This document shows positions 18,174-26,945 of a DNA stretch of 64,000 nt, piece by piece (the stretch's first letter is position 1; every line of letters starts with the position of its first letter). Source of the stretch: an uncultured virus (IMG/VR IMGVR_UViG_3300050138_000133) (taxonomy: Duplodnaviria; Heunggongvirae; Uroviricota; Caudoviricetes). The position numbers and the translations under genes are program-made. The notes under the pieces were generated by a model. That model did no database searches. It had not been told where the DNA came from and saw only the letters and a program-made list of their open reading frames with translations. The DNA lies in IMG/VR virus record IMGVR_UViG_3300050138_000133. One strand, written 5' to 3'.

Positions 18174-18226
18174 GCAACCGAGCAAGACGGTTTGAACAAA
18201 ACCCTCACCGAAGCGGAGGCCGCGTG

Positions 18227-18394
18227 ATGCAACTCGAACGGCATACATGGAACGCCTGCGACGATCTGGTCGATAGATTTTGCACGGGCCACATCAATGA
18301 AACGGATTTCGTCGAGCGCGGACTCGCACTTGGAATGCCCCATGAGGAATTGACGGATCTGATCGGCGACGTCCGCAAAGAGGATGGAATCTGA
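18227..18394 (+). CDS. Hypothetical protein
   Basis: GGAGG RBS, TGATG overlap with next gene. Confidence 0.55.
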   Translation: MQLERHTWNACDDLVDRFCTGHINETDFVERGLALGMPHEELTDLIGDVRKEDGI

Positions 18395-19329
18395 TGCGCA
18401 TTGCGACGAAGAAAAAAGCCGCAGCGGAAATCGTCGCCGAAAAACCGAAGGACGTTTTGCTGCCGATAGTTTCGATCAAGGGCTTCGACGCGAATCTTCG
18501 ATGTCGCGGATTTCAATTCGAGATCGGCAAGACCTACACCGTCTCCGGAAAAATTAAGGCTTGCGAAAACGGCTTTCACGCCTGCCCGGTTGATGAGCAT
18601 CCGCTATCGGTTTTGGAATATTACCCGGCGACTTCGCGATTCTTTGAAGTTGTCCAAGATGGCAAACGAGATGTCGAGGGAACAAAACTCGCTTCTGCAT
18701 CAATCACCATCGGCGTCGAAATTTCAATCAGCGACCTCGCAGCGCGTGCGGTGAAATGGGTTTTTGATCGCGCAAATTGGAAAGATGGGCCGGTCGCGAC
18801 TGGAGACAATGAAGGTGCCACCGCATCGGGCTACAGAGGCGCGGCCACCGCATCGGGCCACAGCGGCGCGGCCACCGCATCGGGCTACAGAGGCGCGGCC
18901 ACCGCATCGGGCCACAGCGGCGCGGCCACCGCATCGGGCGACAGCGGCGCGGCCACCGCATCGGGCTACAGCGGCGCGGCCACCGCATCGGGCTACAGCG
19001 GCGCGGCCACCGCATCGGGCGACAGCGGCGCGGCCACCGCATCGGGCGACAGCGGCGCGGCCACCGCATCGGGCGACAGAGGCGCGGCCACCGCATCGGG
19101 CCACAGCGGCGCGGCCACCGCATCGGGCGACAGAGGCGCGGCCACCGCATCGGGCTACGCCGGAAAGGCGCGCGGGACCATCGGCTGCGCTCTCTTCCTT
19201 GTCCATCGCGACGACAATTGGAAAATAGCGAAAGTTTGGGCCGGCATCGTCGGCGAAAACGGCATCAGGCCGGATACCTGGTATTCGCTGGATTCAGATG
19301 GCGCTCCGATCGAAGCGGAAGGTGTCTGA
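18394..19329 (+). CDS. Phage early protein with KGFD/GFHAC domain and 9-aa solenoid repeats
   Basis: KGFDANLRCRGFQFEIGKTY...CENGFHAC...VLEYY, 13 GAATASGxx repeats, GIRPDTWYSL C-terminus. Confidence 0.9.
   Translation: MRIATKKKAAAEIVAEKPKDVLLPIVSIKGFDANLRCRGFQFEIGKTYTVSGKIKACENGFHACPVDEHPLSVLEYYPATSRFFEVVQDGKRDVEGTKLASASITIGVEISISDLAARAVKWVFDRANWKDGPVATGDNEGATASGYRGAATASGHSGAATASGYRGAATASGHSGAATASGDSGAATASGYSGAATASGYSGAATASGDSGAATASGDSGAATASGDRGAATASGHSGAATASGDRGAATASGYAGKARGTIGCALFLVHRDDNWKIAKVWAGIVGENGIRPDTWYSLDSDGAPIEAEGV
18811..19161 (+). repeat. 27-bp coding tandem repeat, 13 units
   Basis: GGCGCGGCCACCGCATCGGGC(T/C/G)ACAG(A/C). Confidence 0.97.
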
Positions 19330-19613
19330 TGCGCGAACCCTCCGAAAAGTTGCAAAGCGCGGCGCAAGCCATTTCAACGGCCGTCATGGTTTTGAAAATG
19401 GAACAGCCGACGTTCGAAGCGATGATCGAAGAGTGTCGCGACATGGAGGATTTCGGCCACATCGTCAACCCGACGCTCTACAACAGCTCGGAGCGCAAAG
19501 CCGTTAGCGCGCTTTTAGAGCCGCTATTTAAATCGGCCATTGCATTCATCGCAGCTTATGAGGCGCACATCGCGCAAGCCAGGGCTGCGCTCGCAAAAGT
19601 TGGGACTGCCTGA
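19329..19613 (+). CDS. Hypothetical protein
   Basis: TGATG coupling. Confidence 0.7.
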   Translation: MREPSEKLQSAAQAISTAVMVLKMEQPTFEAMIEECRDMEDFGHIVNPTLYNSSERKAVSALLEPLFKSAIAFIAAYEAHIAQARAALAKVGTA

Positions 19614-19614
19614 A

Positions 19615-20313
19615 ATGCCCAGCACCACAACTAGCATCAGCTCCGCCGCTAACGTCTCGCCCGAGATGGCGAGACTGTTGCGCGCAGGCGTTTCGGACGG
19701 GATCGGCATAATCTGCCGGCCGGGCCAGGTGCGGAAGTTCTGGCCTATCTTGCGCGAGGCCGAACGGCTGGGATATCTGCGGTTTCTCGATATCGAACGG
19801 CCATGGATCACAGATGAAGGTCGCGCGGCGATCGGCGCGCCTTCGCAAGTGGACGCCGATTATGCGCGTCTTGTTCTACTTTGCCGCGGTGCCCGTAAAC
19901 CGCTGGTGCCAGCGAAGCGCGACGATCCACGGACGGACTTTGATTATCGCTCGTATAGCGCGGCAGGTTACGTCTGCATCCTTGCCGTGAAGGCTCCGGA
20001 TGACCGGCTGCAGCCGCACACGATCAAGATCATCGTTCCTAATTCGTCGCGGACGCAAGGCCTCGGCGGCGATAACTCGATTATCCAACCGGAAAGTGAA
20101 GGACGATTCGTTGTCGCCGTTGTGCCGGACTGGCTACAGAAGCTAACCGGACTTCCAACCTACGCGATGCCGCTTTCGGAGGATGAATACTGGACCGATC
20201 CCGAGCGCGCGACCTGGGATCGGCTGCGGTCCGTCTGCATCAGCATCAATTCGCGAATTCGAAATTCGAATCGGGCTGCGCCAGAGCGCCGGAGATTTGG
20301 TGAAAACGCTTAA
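19615..20313 (+). CDS. Hypothetical protein with N-terminal winged-helix-like segment
   Basis: Long ORF; EAERLGYL...WITDEGRAA. Confidence 0.7.
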   Translation: MPSTTTSISSAANVSPEMARLLRAGVSDGIGIICRPGQVRKFWPILREAERLGYLRFLDIERPWITDEGRAAIGAPSQVDADYARLVLLCRGARKPLVPAKRDDPRTDFDYRSYSAAGYVCILAVKAPDDRLQPHTIKIIVPNSSRTQGLGGDNSIIQPESEGRFVVAVVPDWLQKLTGLPTYAMPLSEDEYWTDPERATWDRLRSVCISINSRIRNSNRAAPERRRFGENA

Positions 20314-20348
20314 CGAGGCAACGCGGCATAGCCGCAAAGGAGAGAGAA

Positions 20349-20612
20349 ATGCATAAGAGTTTTGATCTGCTAGGGCACCGCGTTCGTGACGTTATCACTA
20401 ACCTGGAAGGCGTCTGCGATTCCATCTGCTTCGATCTTTACGGCTGCATTCAAGGATCTGTACGGCCGAGTGGATACACAGAAAACGGCGAGATGAAACC
20501 CGCCCATTGGTACGACGTCAAGCGCCTGATCGTCATCAGCACCGCACCTTTGATGCCGGTCCCAAATTTCTCCATACCGGAAATCGGACCCGCCGACAAA
20601 GCACCGCGCTGA
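20349..20612 (+). CDS. Conserved SH3-like phage protein
   Basis: LG..VRDVIT..EGV......DLYGC...WYD..RL. Confidence 0.75.
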   Translation: MHKSFDLLGHRVRDVITNLEGVCDSICFDLYGCIQGSVRPSGYTENGEMKPAHWYDVKRLIVISTAPLMPVPNFSIPEIGPADKAPR

Positions 20613-20656
20613 TTTCAGACGCGTCCCACATCCGCCATCTCAAGGAATATCACGGC

Positions 20657-20881
20657 ATGAGCAATTTATTCCGCCTTCCCATCGCTTCCGAAGATGTTGC
20701 CTTTGAATTTGGCAAAGAGATTTATGGAGCCCGGCTTGATCCATCCGATCCGGAGATCTGTTTTAATTTTCTCTATACGCAATTCCCTGAGCGCTGGCGC
20801 GAAGTCATGGCGAACATGGACGGCGCAATCTATGCGGCCGGTCAAATGTATATCGACGCTGAAATGAGAAGGGCTGGTTGA
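20657..20881 (+). CDS. Hypothetical protein
   Basis: AAGGA RBS, ATG. Confidence 0.6.
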   Translation: MSNLFRLPIASEDVAFEFGKEIYGARLDPSDPEICFNFLYTQFPERWREVMANMDGAIYAAGQMYIDAEMRRAG

Positions 20882-21258
20882 TGACCCTCCGCGGCGAACA
20901 GCGCCAGGAATTTAGCCAGAAGGTTCGCAAGGCGGCCTTCGCGCGCTGCTGCATCGCGGGCATTCCGCACTGTGAAAACTGCGGAATCGAACTGAAATCG
21001 GGGAACATCGAATATGAGCATCTTGAAGCCGATGGTTTGGGCGGCGCGGCTACGCTTGAAAATTGCGGCGTGTGGTGCCGTTCGTCTTGCTCAAAAAAGA
21101 AAACGCATACCGAGGACAATCCGAGAATGCAAAAGGCCGATCGTGTGTTGAAGGCGTCCTACGGGCTGCGGGCGAGTCGGCAGAAAATACAGTCCGCCGG
21201 ATTTCGCAGGGTTCCCCCCCAGCGAACCGCTTCCCGGCCAATCGAGCGTAGATCATGA
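20878..21258 (+). CDS. HNH endonuclease
   Basis: RQEFS...CENCG...EYEH...LGG..TLENC...C..C..KKT. Confidence 0.85.
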   Translation: MMTLRGEQRQEFSQKVRKAAFARCCIAGIPHCENCGIELKSGNIEYEHLEADGLGGAATLENCGVWCRSSCSKKKTHTEDNPRMQKADRVLKASYGLRASRQKIQSAGFRRVPPQRTASRPIERRS

Positions 21259-21524
21259 GCCGCGCAGGGGGCGCATCAGTAACCATTTGTCCGGAACGCC
21301 GGAACGAACTCGTTCAGATCTATCTGCATCTCGGCTTGGCGGTATCCTCAATGGAATGTCTAGAATCTGGCGTGTGCGCGACATATGCGCGGGTCAAGGC
21401 GGGCGAATTGGGATTGCATTTTCCGCGGCCTAAGAGCGCGCCACCTCCGATCTGGAAGACGAGCCGCACCCATGAGGATCCGCGTTGGGCCAGGGCTATC
21501 TCAATCGGTGCGGTGACGGCGTGA
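21255..21524 (+). CDS. Hypothetical protein
   Basis: Coupled ORF. Confidence 0.6.
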   Translation: MSRAGGASVTICPERRNELVQIYLHLGLAVSSMECLESGVCATYARVKAGELGLHFPRPKSAPPPIWKTSRTHEDPRWARAISIGAVTA

Positions 21525-21882
21525 CAACCCTCTATTTCATCAGCGCGATTTTTATCGCGGTCATGATTATTAACTACTTTGGGCCACCAAGGAGCGGGAG
21601 ACGGGCCATGATCAACGAGCACATGGAATGGTTTAAGCGATTTGCTGCAGCATATATGCGTTGGGTCAATTTTAATTTCGATAGGATTGTTTCAGACGCA
21701 GTGAAGCGAGAACGGCCATGATGACCAACTCTCGTGCCCTGCCAGAGAATGCAACACCCTACGAGGCATCATTCGCGTGGGCCAACTTCCACAAGATTGT
21801 ATTTTACGGCACTGCCCGTTGGCCGTCCTATTCATATTGGATTGTGCCGGGGACAATCACCAATGAAGAACGGATGTAAACC

Positions 21883-22854
21883 ATGACAGCAAAGCCGAGC
21901 GCAGGGGAGTTGGCGGAATTAGCAGCGGCGGTTCGATGGGTCAATTCGGGATGTGATTTGGCGGAAAGCGAAGGATTCCTGTTTAACGAGGCCGCTAACG
22001 CTTATTTCAAAGCTGCGAAAACATCAGATCCGCAACACTGGATGGAGGCGGCATTGTTAGCTCAACAGCACCGTAACGCTTTAACCGCATCCCGTTCCAC
22101 CCCGCAGACTGGCGTGGATGTGAGGGAGGCGCTGGAACCGTTCGATCATATTCTCGATCCATTGTCCTATCTGCGCGGCATTCGTGACGGCAACATTGAT
22201 CCGACAATGGAGAATTTGCGTGGTGCGCTATCTGCGACACTCGCCGTCGCCCCATCGGTGCCGGGAGTAGAGCGAATAACTCCCACGCAACGCGCCGAAC
22301 TCGCTCTATTCGGCAAGGAGAGGGGCACACACGATGGCAATGATGAACGCGATCTATATGCCATCAGTCGTGCGACGTTGGCACGGACAATCGCAGAAGC
22401 CGAACAAGCCATCCTCGCCCTCATAGAGCAGCCAGCGCGCCCTGAGGGGTTCAAACGCCCCGTCGCATTTCGAGTGCCCCGCACCGATCCTGAAACTGCT
22501 GGCGAGACACTTTCAAAAACCGAATGGCGGTTATTTATCGATGAGGAAGCGGCTCGCGAAGCGGCCTACGCTCTTGGGACTGACTATCAGGGTCTTTACG
22601 TTCGTGATGGGAGAGCAAATGCGCCATCTGAATTTGATATTGATCTACTGCGCCAGCGCGACATGCTGAAGCACGAACTCGAATTAGCCCATAATTGGAT
22701 CGCAGAGCATCGGGACGCCGCCCTCATAGAGCAGCCAGACAATGCTGCGTTGTCGTCGCAGCAATGCACCTGTGCCGCATTAGGCAAGAAAAATATACCG
22801 CATGCGCGGAATTGCCCAGCGGTATCGTCGCGAGAACGAAAGGGCGAAGCATGA
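21883..22854 (+). CDS. Mosaic hypothetical protein
   Basis: 323 aa; N-terminus shared with the Lar gene; internal 20-bp repeat pair. Confidence 0.75.
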   Translation: MTAKPSAGELAELAAAVRWVNSGCDLAESEGFLFNEAANAYFKAAKTSDPQHWMEAALLAQQHRNALTASRSTPQTGVDVREALEPFDHILDPLSYLRGIRDGNIDPTMENLRGALSATLAVAPSVPGVERITPTQRAELALFGKERGTHDGNDERDLYAISRATLARTIAEAEQAILALIEQPARPEGFKRPVAFRVPRTDPETAGETLSKTEWRLFIDEEAAREAAYALGTDYQGLYVRDGRANAPSEFDIDLLRQRDMLKHELELAHNWIAEHRDAALIEQPDNAALSSQQCTCAALGKKNIPHARNCPAVSSRERKGEA

Positions 22855-23084
22855 AGCTTACCAATACGCAAATTAAGCATTTGCATGCTTTGACAGACGG
22901 CAAGCGCTCGGCATACCCAAGCTTGCATATGGGTTCTTTGGAGGCCCTTGAGCGGCGCGGTCTTGTGATCGCTCAACGCAGTTTAGGATCAATAGCAATG
23001 CCGCATACGTCAATCCAATGGCTCATCACCCGCACGGGCCGCCTTGCGTTGTCGGCGTGTGAACGCGAGGGAGGGGAGAAGTGA
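22851..23084 (+). CDS. Small winged-helix-like protein
   Basis: MKLTNTQ...L.ALERRGLV...ITRTGR. Confidence 0.7.
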   Translation: MKLTNTQIKHLHALTDGKRSAYPSLHMGSLEALERRGLVIAQRSLGSIAMPHTSIQWLITRTGRLALSACEREGGEK

Positions 23085-23213
23085 GATATTGGAGACTGGT
23101 GCGATGGCTTCGAATATGGCGCGGCATCGAGTGCCCGAGGTGCCGCGCGGATTTTCGGCGCGTCTTGACCTGTGGCTTTCCGGGTTGCCCGCTCCCCGCT
23201 CGGGAGCGCAACG

Positions 23214-23939
23214 ATGGATAACCGGCTGATCCCAGATGAGCAATATGATCGCGTGTTCGGCCAGGACATGTGCGACATCGATTATGAGTTTCTTGGCTTC
23301 ACCGAGATTTATGAATCTCTGGCGGAGATCATACCGAAACACTGGACCGTTGTGGATCTGGGCTGCGCCTACTCGCCGCAATCTTGGTTGTTCAGCGACC
23401 ACAAACTCTATGTTGGCGTCGATTACGGTGTCAAAGAGCGATTTTCGGCCCCAAACACCCGGCACTTCGAGGGGACAATACGAGAGTTTATCGAACGCGG
23501 GTTGACAGAGTTTAACTTAGATCAGACTTTTGCAATCTGCTCTTACGTTCCGCCTTGGCACGATGACAATCGAAAAATTGCACGCGAGAACTTCAAGAAC
23601 GTCTTCGTCTATTATCCGTCGGGTGGGTACGACCCCATACGTTCGTTCTCCCGCGCCAAACGGACACCGCTCGACAACGAGGATGCATCGATGCCGATCT
23701 ATAAATCCCGCCGATCCGGCGTTGATCTACGAAGCCACTCCGACGTTGTGGAATATTTAGAGCGGGACCGTATCCTAAAATTGGCCTTTGAGTGCGGAGC
23801 CGAAGAGTACGGGCCGATGACTTGGAATCTCCATTTCACGCGCGAGGCTTGGAACAAATTCGCCTCCGCATTGTCCCGCAGTGCACGCGAGATCCCCGCT
23901 CCGACGAGTTCTAACGGTGACCGAAAGGACGCGACATGA
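23214..23939 (+). CDS. Putative SAM-dependent methyltransferase-like protein
   Basis: VVDLGCAY...YVGVD resembling motifs I-II, SYVPPW; unrelated C-terminal extension. Confidence 0.5.
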   Translation: MDNRLIPDEQYDRVFGQDMCDIDYEFLGFTEIYESLAEIIPKHWTVVDLGCAYSPQSWLFSDHKLYVGVDYGVKERFSAPNTRHFEGTIREFIERGLTEFNLDQTFAICSYVPPWHDDNRKIARENFKNVFVYYPSGGYDPIRSFSRAKRTPLDNEDASMPIYKSRRSGVDLRSHSDVVEYLERDRILKLAFECGAEEYGPMTWNLHFTREAWNKFASALSRSAREIPAPTSSNGDRKDAT

Positions 23940-24136
23940 GCGAGGATTTAGATTTTCTGATCGCCATAGCGATGAACGCGGCAGGAAAACTTGCCTGTCA
24001 AGCCAGTGCCGCAGGTGATTTGCCGACGATGTATAGCGCCGATCGAGCGTGGCATGAAATGTTTGAGGCAGGCCAAGATTTAGCAAAACGAAGATCGGCC
24101 TTGGCGCTATCCCCCCAGGAGAACGCTGATGGCTGA
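23936..24136 (+). CDS. Hypothetical cassette gene
   Basis: Ends PQENADG within the CCCCAGGAGAACGC repeat. Confidence 0.65.
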   Translation: MSEDLDFLIAIAMNAAGKLACQASAAGDLPTMYSADRAWHEMFEAGQDLAKRRSALALSPQENADG

Positions 24137-24344
24137 GTACATCGAACGCGACTTTAAGGAGGCATACAAGCTCATGAAAGAGCGAGCGCTTGACGCTGAG
24201 CATGACCGTGACGCGCTGGTGAAGGCGCTGGAGGCAATTGCGGCAGAGAATAATCTTGATCCGTCATCGGCGTGTAAAATCGCCCGCGAGGCCCTCGCGA
24301 GTCTTGTGGGAGCGCAGCGACCCCAGGAGAACGCAAATGACTGA
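24129..24344 (+). CDS. Hypothetical cassette gene
   Basis: Repeat supplies AGGAG RBS; ends PQENAND. Confidence 0.7.
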   Translation: MAEYIERDFKEAYKLMKERALDAEHDRDALVKALEAIAAENNLDPSSACKIAREALASLVGAQRPQENAND

Positions 24345-24678
24345 CGCAAAGCTGCTCAAATTCGTGACTGATTTCCGGCGCGGAATCGTGGGGCGTAAGG
24401 GCAGCGATTGCATGTGCTTCGCCATATGTGCCCCGCTGGTAACATTGCTCAATATGAGCGGCGTCGAGAGCATATTGCGAGACGGATGGATCAAATACGA
24501 AATCGGAAGAGGCAACCACTATTGGATTGAACTGGCAGACGGCCGCGTGATCGATCCAACTGCCGACCAATTCAACCGCAGGCTTGGGAAGGCGATGCCG
24601 AAGGTCTATCTCGGATCACCCGATATACTGATCCACGGTTCTGTGGGATCGCAGCAACCCCAGGAGAACGCTAAATGA
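24337..24678 (+). CDS. Small transglutaminase/papain-like fold protein
   Basis: MCFAIC...NHYWIE...VIDPTADQF Cys-His-Asp pattern. Confidence 0.6.
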   Translation: MTDAKLLKFVTDFRRGIVGRKGSDCMCFAICAPLVTLLNMSGVESILRDGWIKYEIGRGNHYWIELADGRVIDPTADQFNRRLGKAMPKVYLGSPDILIHGSVGSQQPQENAK

Positions 24679-24899
24679 CTTACGATCATTGGAAAACAAC
24701 AGATCCCGCCGACGATACTCTTGGCTCTGAACGGGAATGCGAACGCTGCAACGGCAGTGGCCTAATCGGGCTTAGGGCAAGAACTGGCACCTATGTTGCT
24801 CCCGGTCCTATTCCCGAGGATGCGCGCGGGGTGTTCGAGACAATATGCGATGTCTGCCGGGGCAGTGGCGTTGATGTGGGAGGCACGAAAGAGCCATGA
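24675..24899 (+). CDS. DnaJ-type Zn-finger protein
   Basis: CERCNGSG and CDVCRGSG. Confidence 0.75.
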   Translation: MTYDHWKTTDPADDTLGSERECERCNGSGLIGLRARTGTYVAPGPIPEDARGVFETICDVCRGSGVDVGGTKEP

Positions 24900-25099
24900 C
24901 AGCAAAGCCGAGCGCGGGGGAGTTGCTGCCATGTCCGTTTTGCGGATCGGAGCCTGAAACTGTTGGATCTGGCGAAGATCAGCGCGGACTGATGATCCAG
25001 TGCATCGCGGCTGGTTGGGTCAATCCACACGTTAGTTATTACGGCCACGCTGATGCAATAAAGGCCTGGAACTCCCGTTCGGGAGGAAAGCCACAATGA
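24896..25099 (+). CDS. lar: Lar-family restriction alleviation protein
   Basis: ELLPCPFCG...IQC...AIKAWNSR (second CxxC degenerate). Confidence 0.75.
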   Translation: MTAKPSAGELLPCPFCGSEPETVGSGEDQRGLMIQCIAAGWVNPHVSYYGHADAIKAWNSRSGGKPQ

Positions 25100-25362
25100 A
25101 TCAATGGCAACCAATGATTGAACGCTGCAACGCAATAAATCGCAAAATCAACGAACTTTTGGCGCGGCGGGTGAATGTAGGGCCGCCCTATGCCGCCCTC
25201 ACTGTCCGCGGGATCGATGACCTTGAGACGATCTTATTCGCCGTTCGTTATGCGGCAAATAGTTTGGGTGAATGGAAGGATGCCGCGCCCAAACCTAAAT
25301 CACTGATTCAAGAAATAGAAGAAAAAACGGGCAGGTCCGCTTTCCCTCCGGCGGAACGTTGA
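25096..25362 (+). CDS. Hypothetical protein
   Basis: Coupled; ends PPAER*. Confidence 0.6.
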   Translation: MNQWQPMIERCNAINRKINELLARRVNVGPPYAALTVRGIDDLETILFAVRYAANSLGEWKDAAPKPKSLIQEIEEKTGRSAFPPAER

Positions 25363-25365
25363 ACC

Positions 25366-25587
25366 ATGCAGTCTAGAATTGAGCAGATGTTGAAATCCCA
25401 GGCGCACATTCGCAGGCTGTACCGCGATGGTTTTATTGATATGGCGCTGTGCGAATATGATGTCACGATTGCCCCAGAGTTGGGAGCCGTTGATCCACGA
25501 TTAAGCCGCTGCGCGCGGCGACTATCCAAAAGTTTCATCGCAATGGTGGATCAAGATATTCCTCCGGCGGAACGGGGGACCGAATGA
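25366..25587 (+). CDS. Hypothetical protein
   Basis: Ends PPAERGTE*. Confidence 0.55.
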   Translation: MQSRIEQMLKSQAHIRRLYRDGFIDMALCEYDVTIAPELGAVDPRLSRCARRLSKSFIAMVDQDIPPAERGTE

Positions 25588-25820
25588 GTGACGAGTCGGC
25601 AGAATACCAAGGTGCGGTGCAAGACCTTGAGGTGGCTTACAAGGCCGGTGTCAAGGCGTTTGCAGAATGGTTCGCGCGCGAATGGCTGATGACGCGCGAT
25701 GAGTGGGTTAAATCCTATCAAGAGCCACCGCCGAGTGACGAATGGTTTAAGGGGCAAAATGCTGGCGTTGAAAGTGTGATTGGTGCGCTGGATTCGTTCT
25801 TCGGAGACTTTTATTCATGA
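25584..25820 (+). CDS. Hypothetical protein
   Basis: Coupled ORF. Confidence 0.65.
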   Translation: MSDESAEYQGAVQDLEVAYKAGVKAFAEWFAREWLMTRDEWVKSYQEPPPSDEWFKGQNAGVESVIGALDSFFGDFYS

Positions 25821-25927
25821 CCATGCCAGCCGCCGATACGCTAGAGCGCGAGAAGGACAAGCTGTATCTGACCGATGCAGAACTCGTCAGGCGCCTCGGT
25901 GTGCCGGAAAAGACGTTGCTGCTATGA
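25817..25927 (+). pseudogene. Truncated excisionase-like HTH fragment, 36 aa
   Basis: LYLTDAELVRRLGVPEKTLLL*; stops right after the HTH. Confidence 0.5.
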
Positions 25928-26805
25928 TCGAAGATTCTGACACCATAACCCTGAAGGATGCCGCCCAGCACTTCGGGTTTTCGGTCTATACGCTTCGCAC
26001 GGAAGCGGATAACGGTCGCTTGGTAAAGGCGAGCGCCCGCGACATCGGTTACAACATCACCAATCTGCTCAAATGGTGGGGTGATAAGACCGTGGCAAAT
26101 ATATCGGTCAAGAGCTGCCGAGCCTATATCGAGACCAAGACAAAGCCAGCGGCAGGCGCGGATTTGAAGGTTCTCAAGGGTGCCGTGATTTACTGGCACA
26201 AGGAATATGGCCCGCTTGATGCGGTGCCTGAATTTGAATTGCCGCCGCAGAATCCGCCGAAAGAGCGTTGGCTTACGCGAGAGGAAGCGGCGCGGCTCCT
26301 GTGGGCCGCCCGTCGCTACCAGCACATGCGCCGACTCATCCTGCTTGGCCTCTATACCGGATCGCGCCCCGGCGTTATCCTTGCGCTGCGCTGGGATCAA
26401 ATCGACCTCAAGGCCGAGATCATGACGCGGACGCCGCACGGAAGATCGCAGGACAAAAAGAAACGCGCGCCAAAGGTGAAGATCGGCCGGCGCCTTCTCA
26501 CGCATTTGAAGCGGTGGAAGCGTCTCGACAAATCAGAGACGTTGGTTTGCCATTTCACCGATCGCTGGCATCCGGGCTCGCGCGCCGTGGAGGATCCACA
26601 CGGCGCATGGGCGAAGATCATCAGGGCGGCGAAGCTGAAGGGCGTTACGCGTCACACGCTACGTCACACCCGAGCGACATGGATGGCTCAATCCGGCGTA
26701 CCGCTCTGGGAGGCCGCAGGCTTCCTTGGGATGACCGTCAAGACGCTGGAAAGGGTCTACGCGCACCATGATCCCAGCAATCAAGAACGGGCCGCAAATA
26801 TCTAA
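25924..26805 (+). CDS. int: Tyrosine recombinase/integrase with excisionase-like HTH at its N-terminus
   Basis: LYTGSRPG, HTLRHTRATW, AGFLGMT..TLERVYAH catalytic motifs; N-terminal TITLKDAAQHFGFSVYTLRTEADNGRL. Confidence 0.92.
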   Translation: MIEDSDTITLKDAAQHFGFSVYTLRTEADNGRLVKASARDIGYNITNLLKWWGDKTVANISVKSCRAYIETKTKPAAGADLKVLKGAVIYWHKEYGPLDAVPEFELPPQNPPKERWLTREEAARLLWAARRYQHMRRLILLGLYTGSRPGVILALRWDQIDLKAEIMTRTPHGRSQDKKKRAPKVKIGRRLLTHLKRWKRLDKSETLVCHFTDRWHPGSRAVEDPHGAWAKIIRAAKLKGVTRHTLRHTRATWMAQSGVPLWEAAGFLGMTVKTLERVYAHHDPSNQERAANI

Positions 26806-26945
26806 TTCTGTGCCATGGCACAGTTATTCACTTGTTTTATGTAACAGTTTCAAGACCGGCTTGCTTCCAGGCCAGAATAATGAGACACTTAAGTTGTTGA
26901 TTTTTCATGTTGAACATTGAGGTTTACACCATGAACGGAACGGGA
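26806..26945. other. Candidate attP region
   Basis: AT-rich, directly after int; palindrome CTGTGCCATGGCACAG (26808-26823); TAAGTTGTTGATTTT; GTTTACACC. Confidence 0.4.

Noticed and set aside
18811..19161. CRISPR array or DGR variable repeat
   Set aside because: Units are contiguous in-frame coding repeats with no unique spacers; no cas or reverse transcriptase gene in the window
18724..19228. Alternative-frame repeat ORFs (VARCGGRAA, MRWPRRC, PPHRAT)
   Set aside because: Shadows of the stop-free 27-bp repeat
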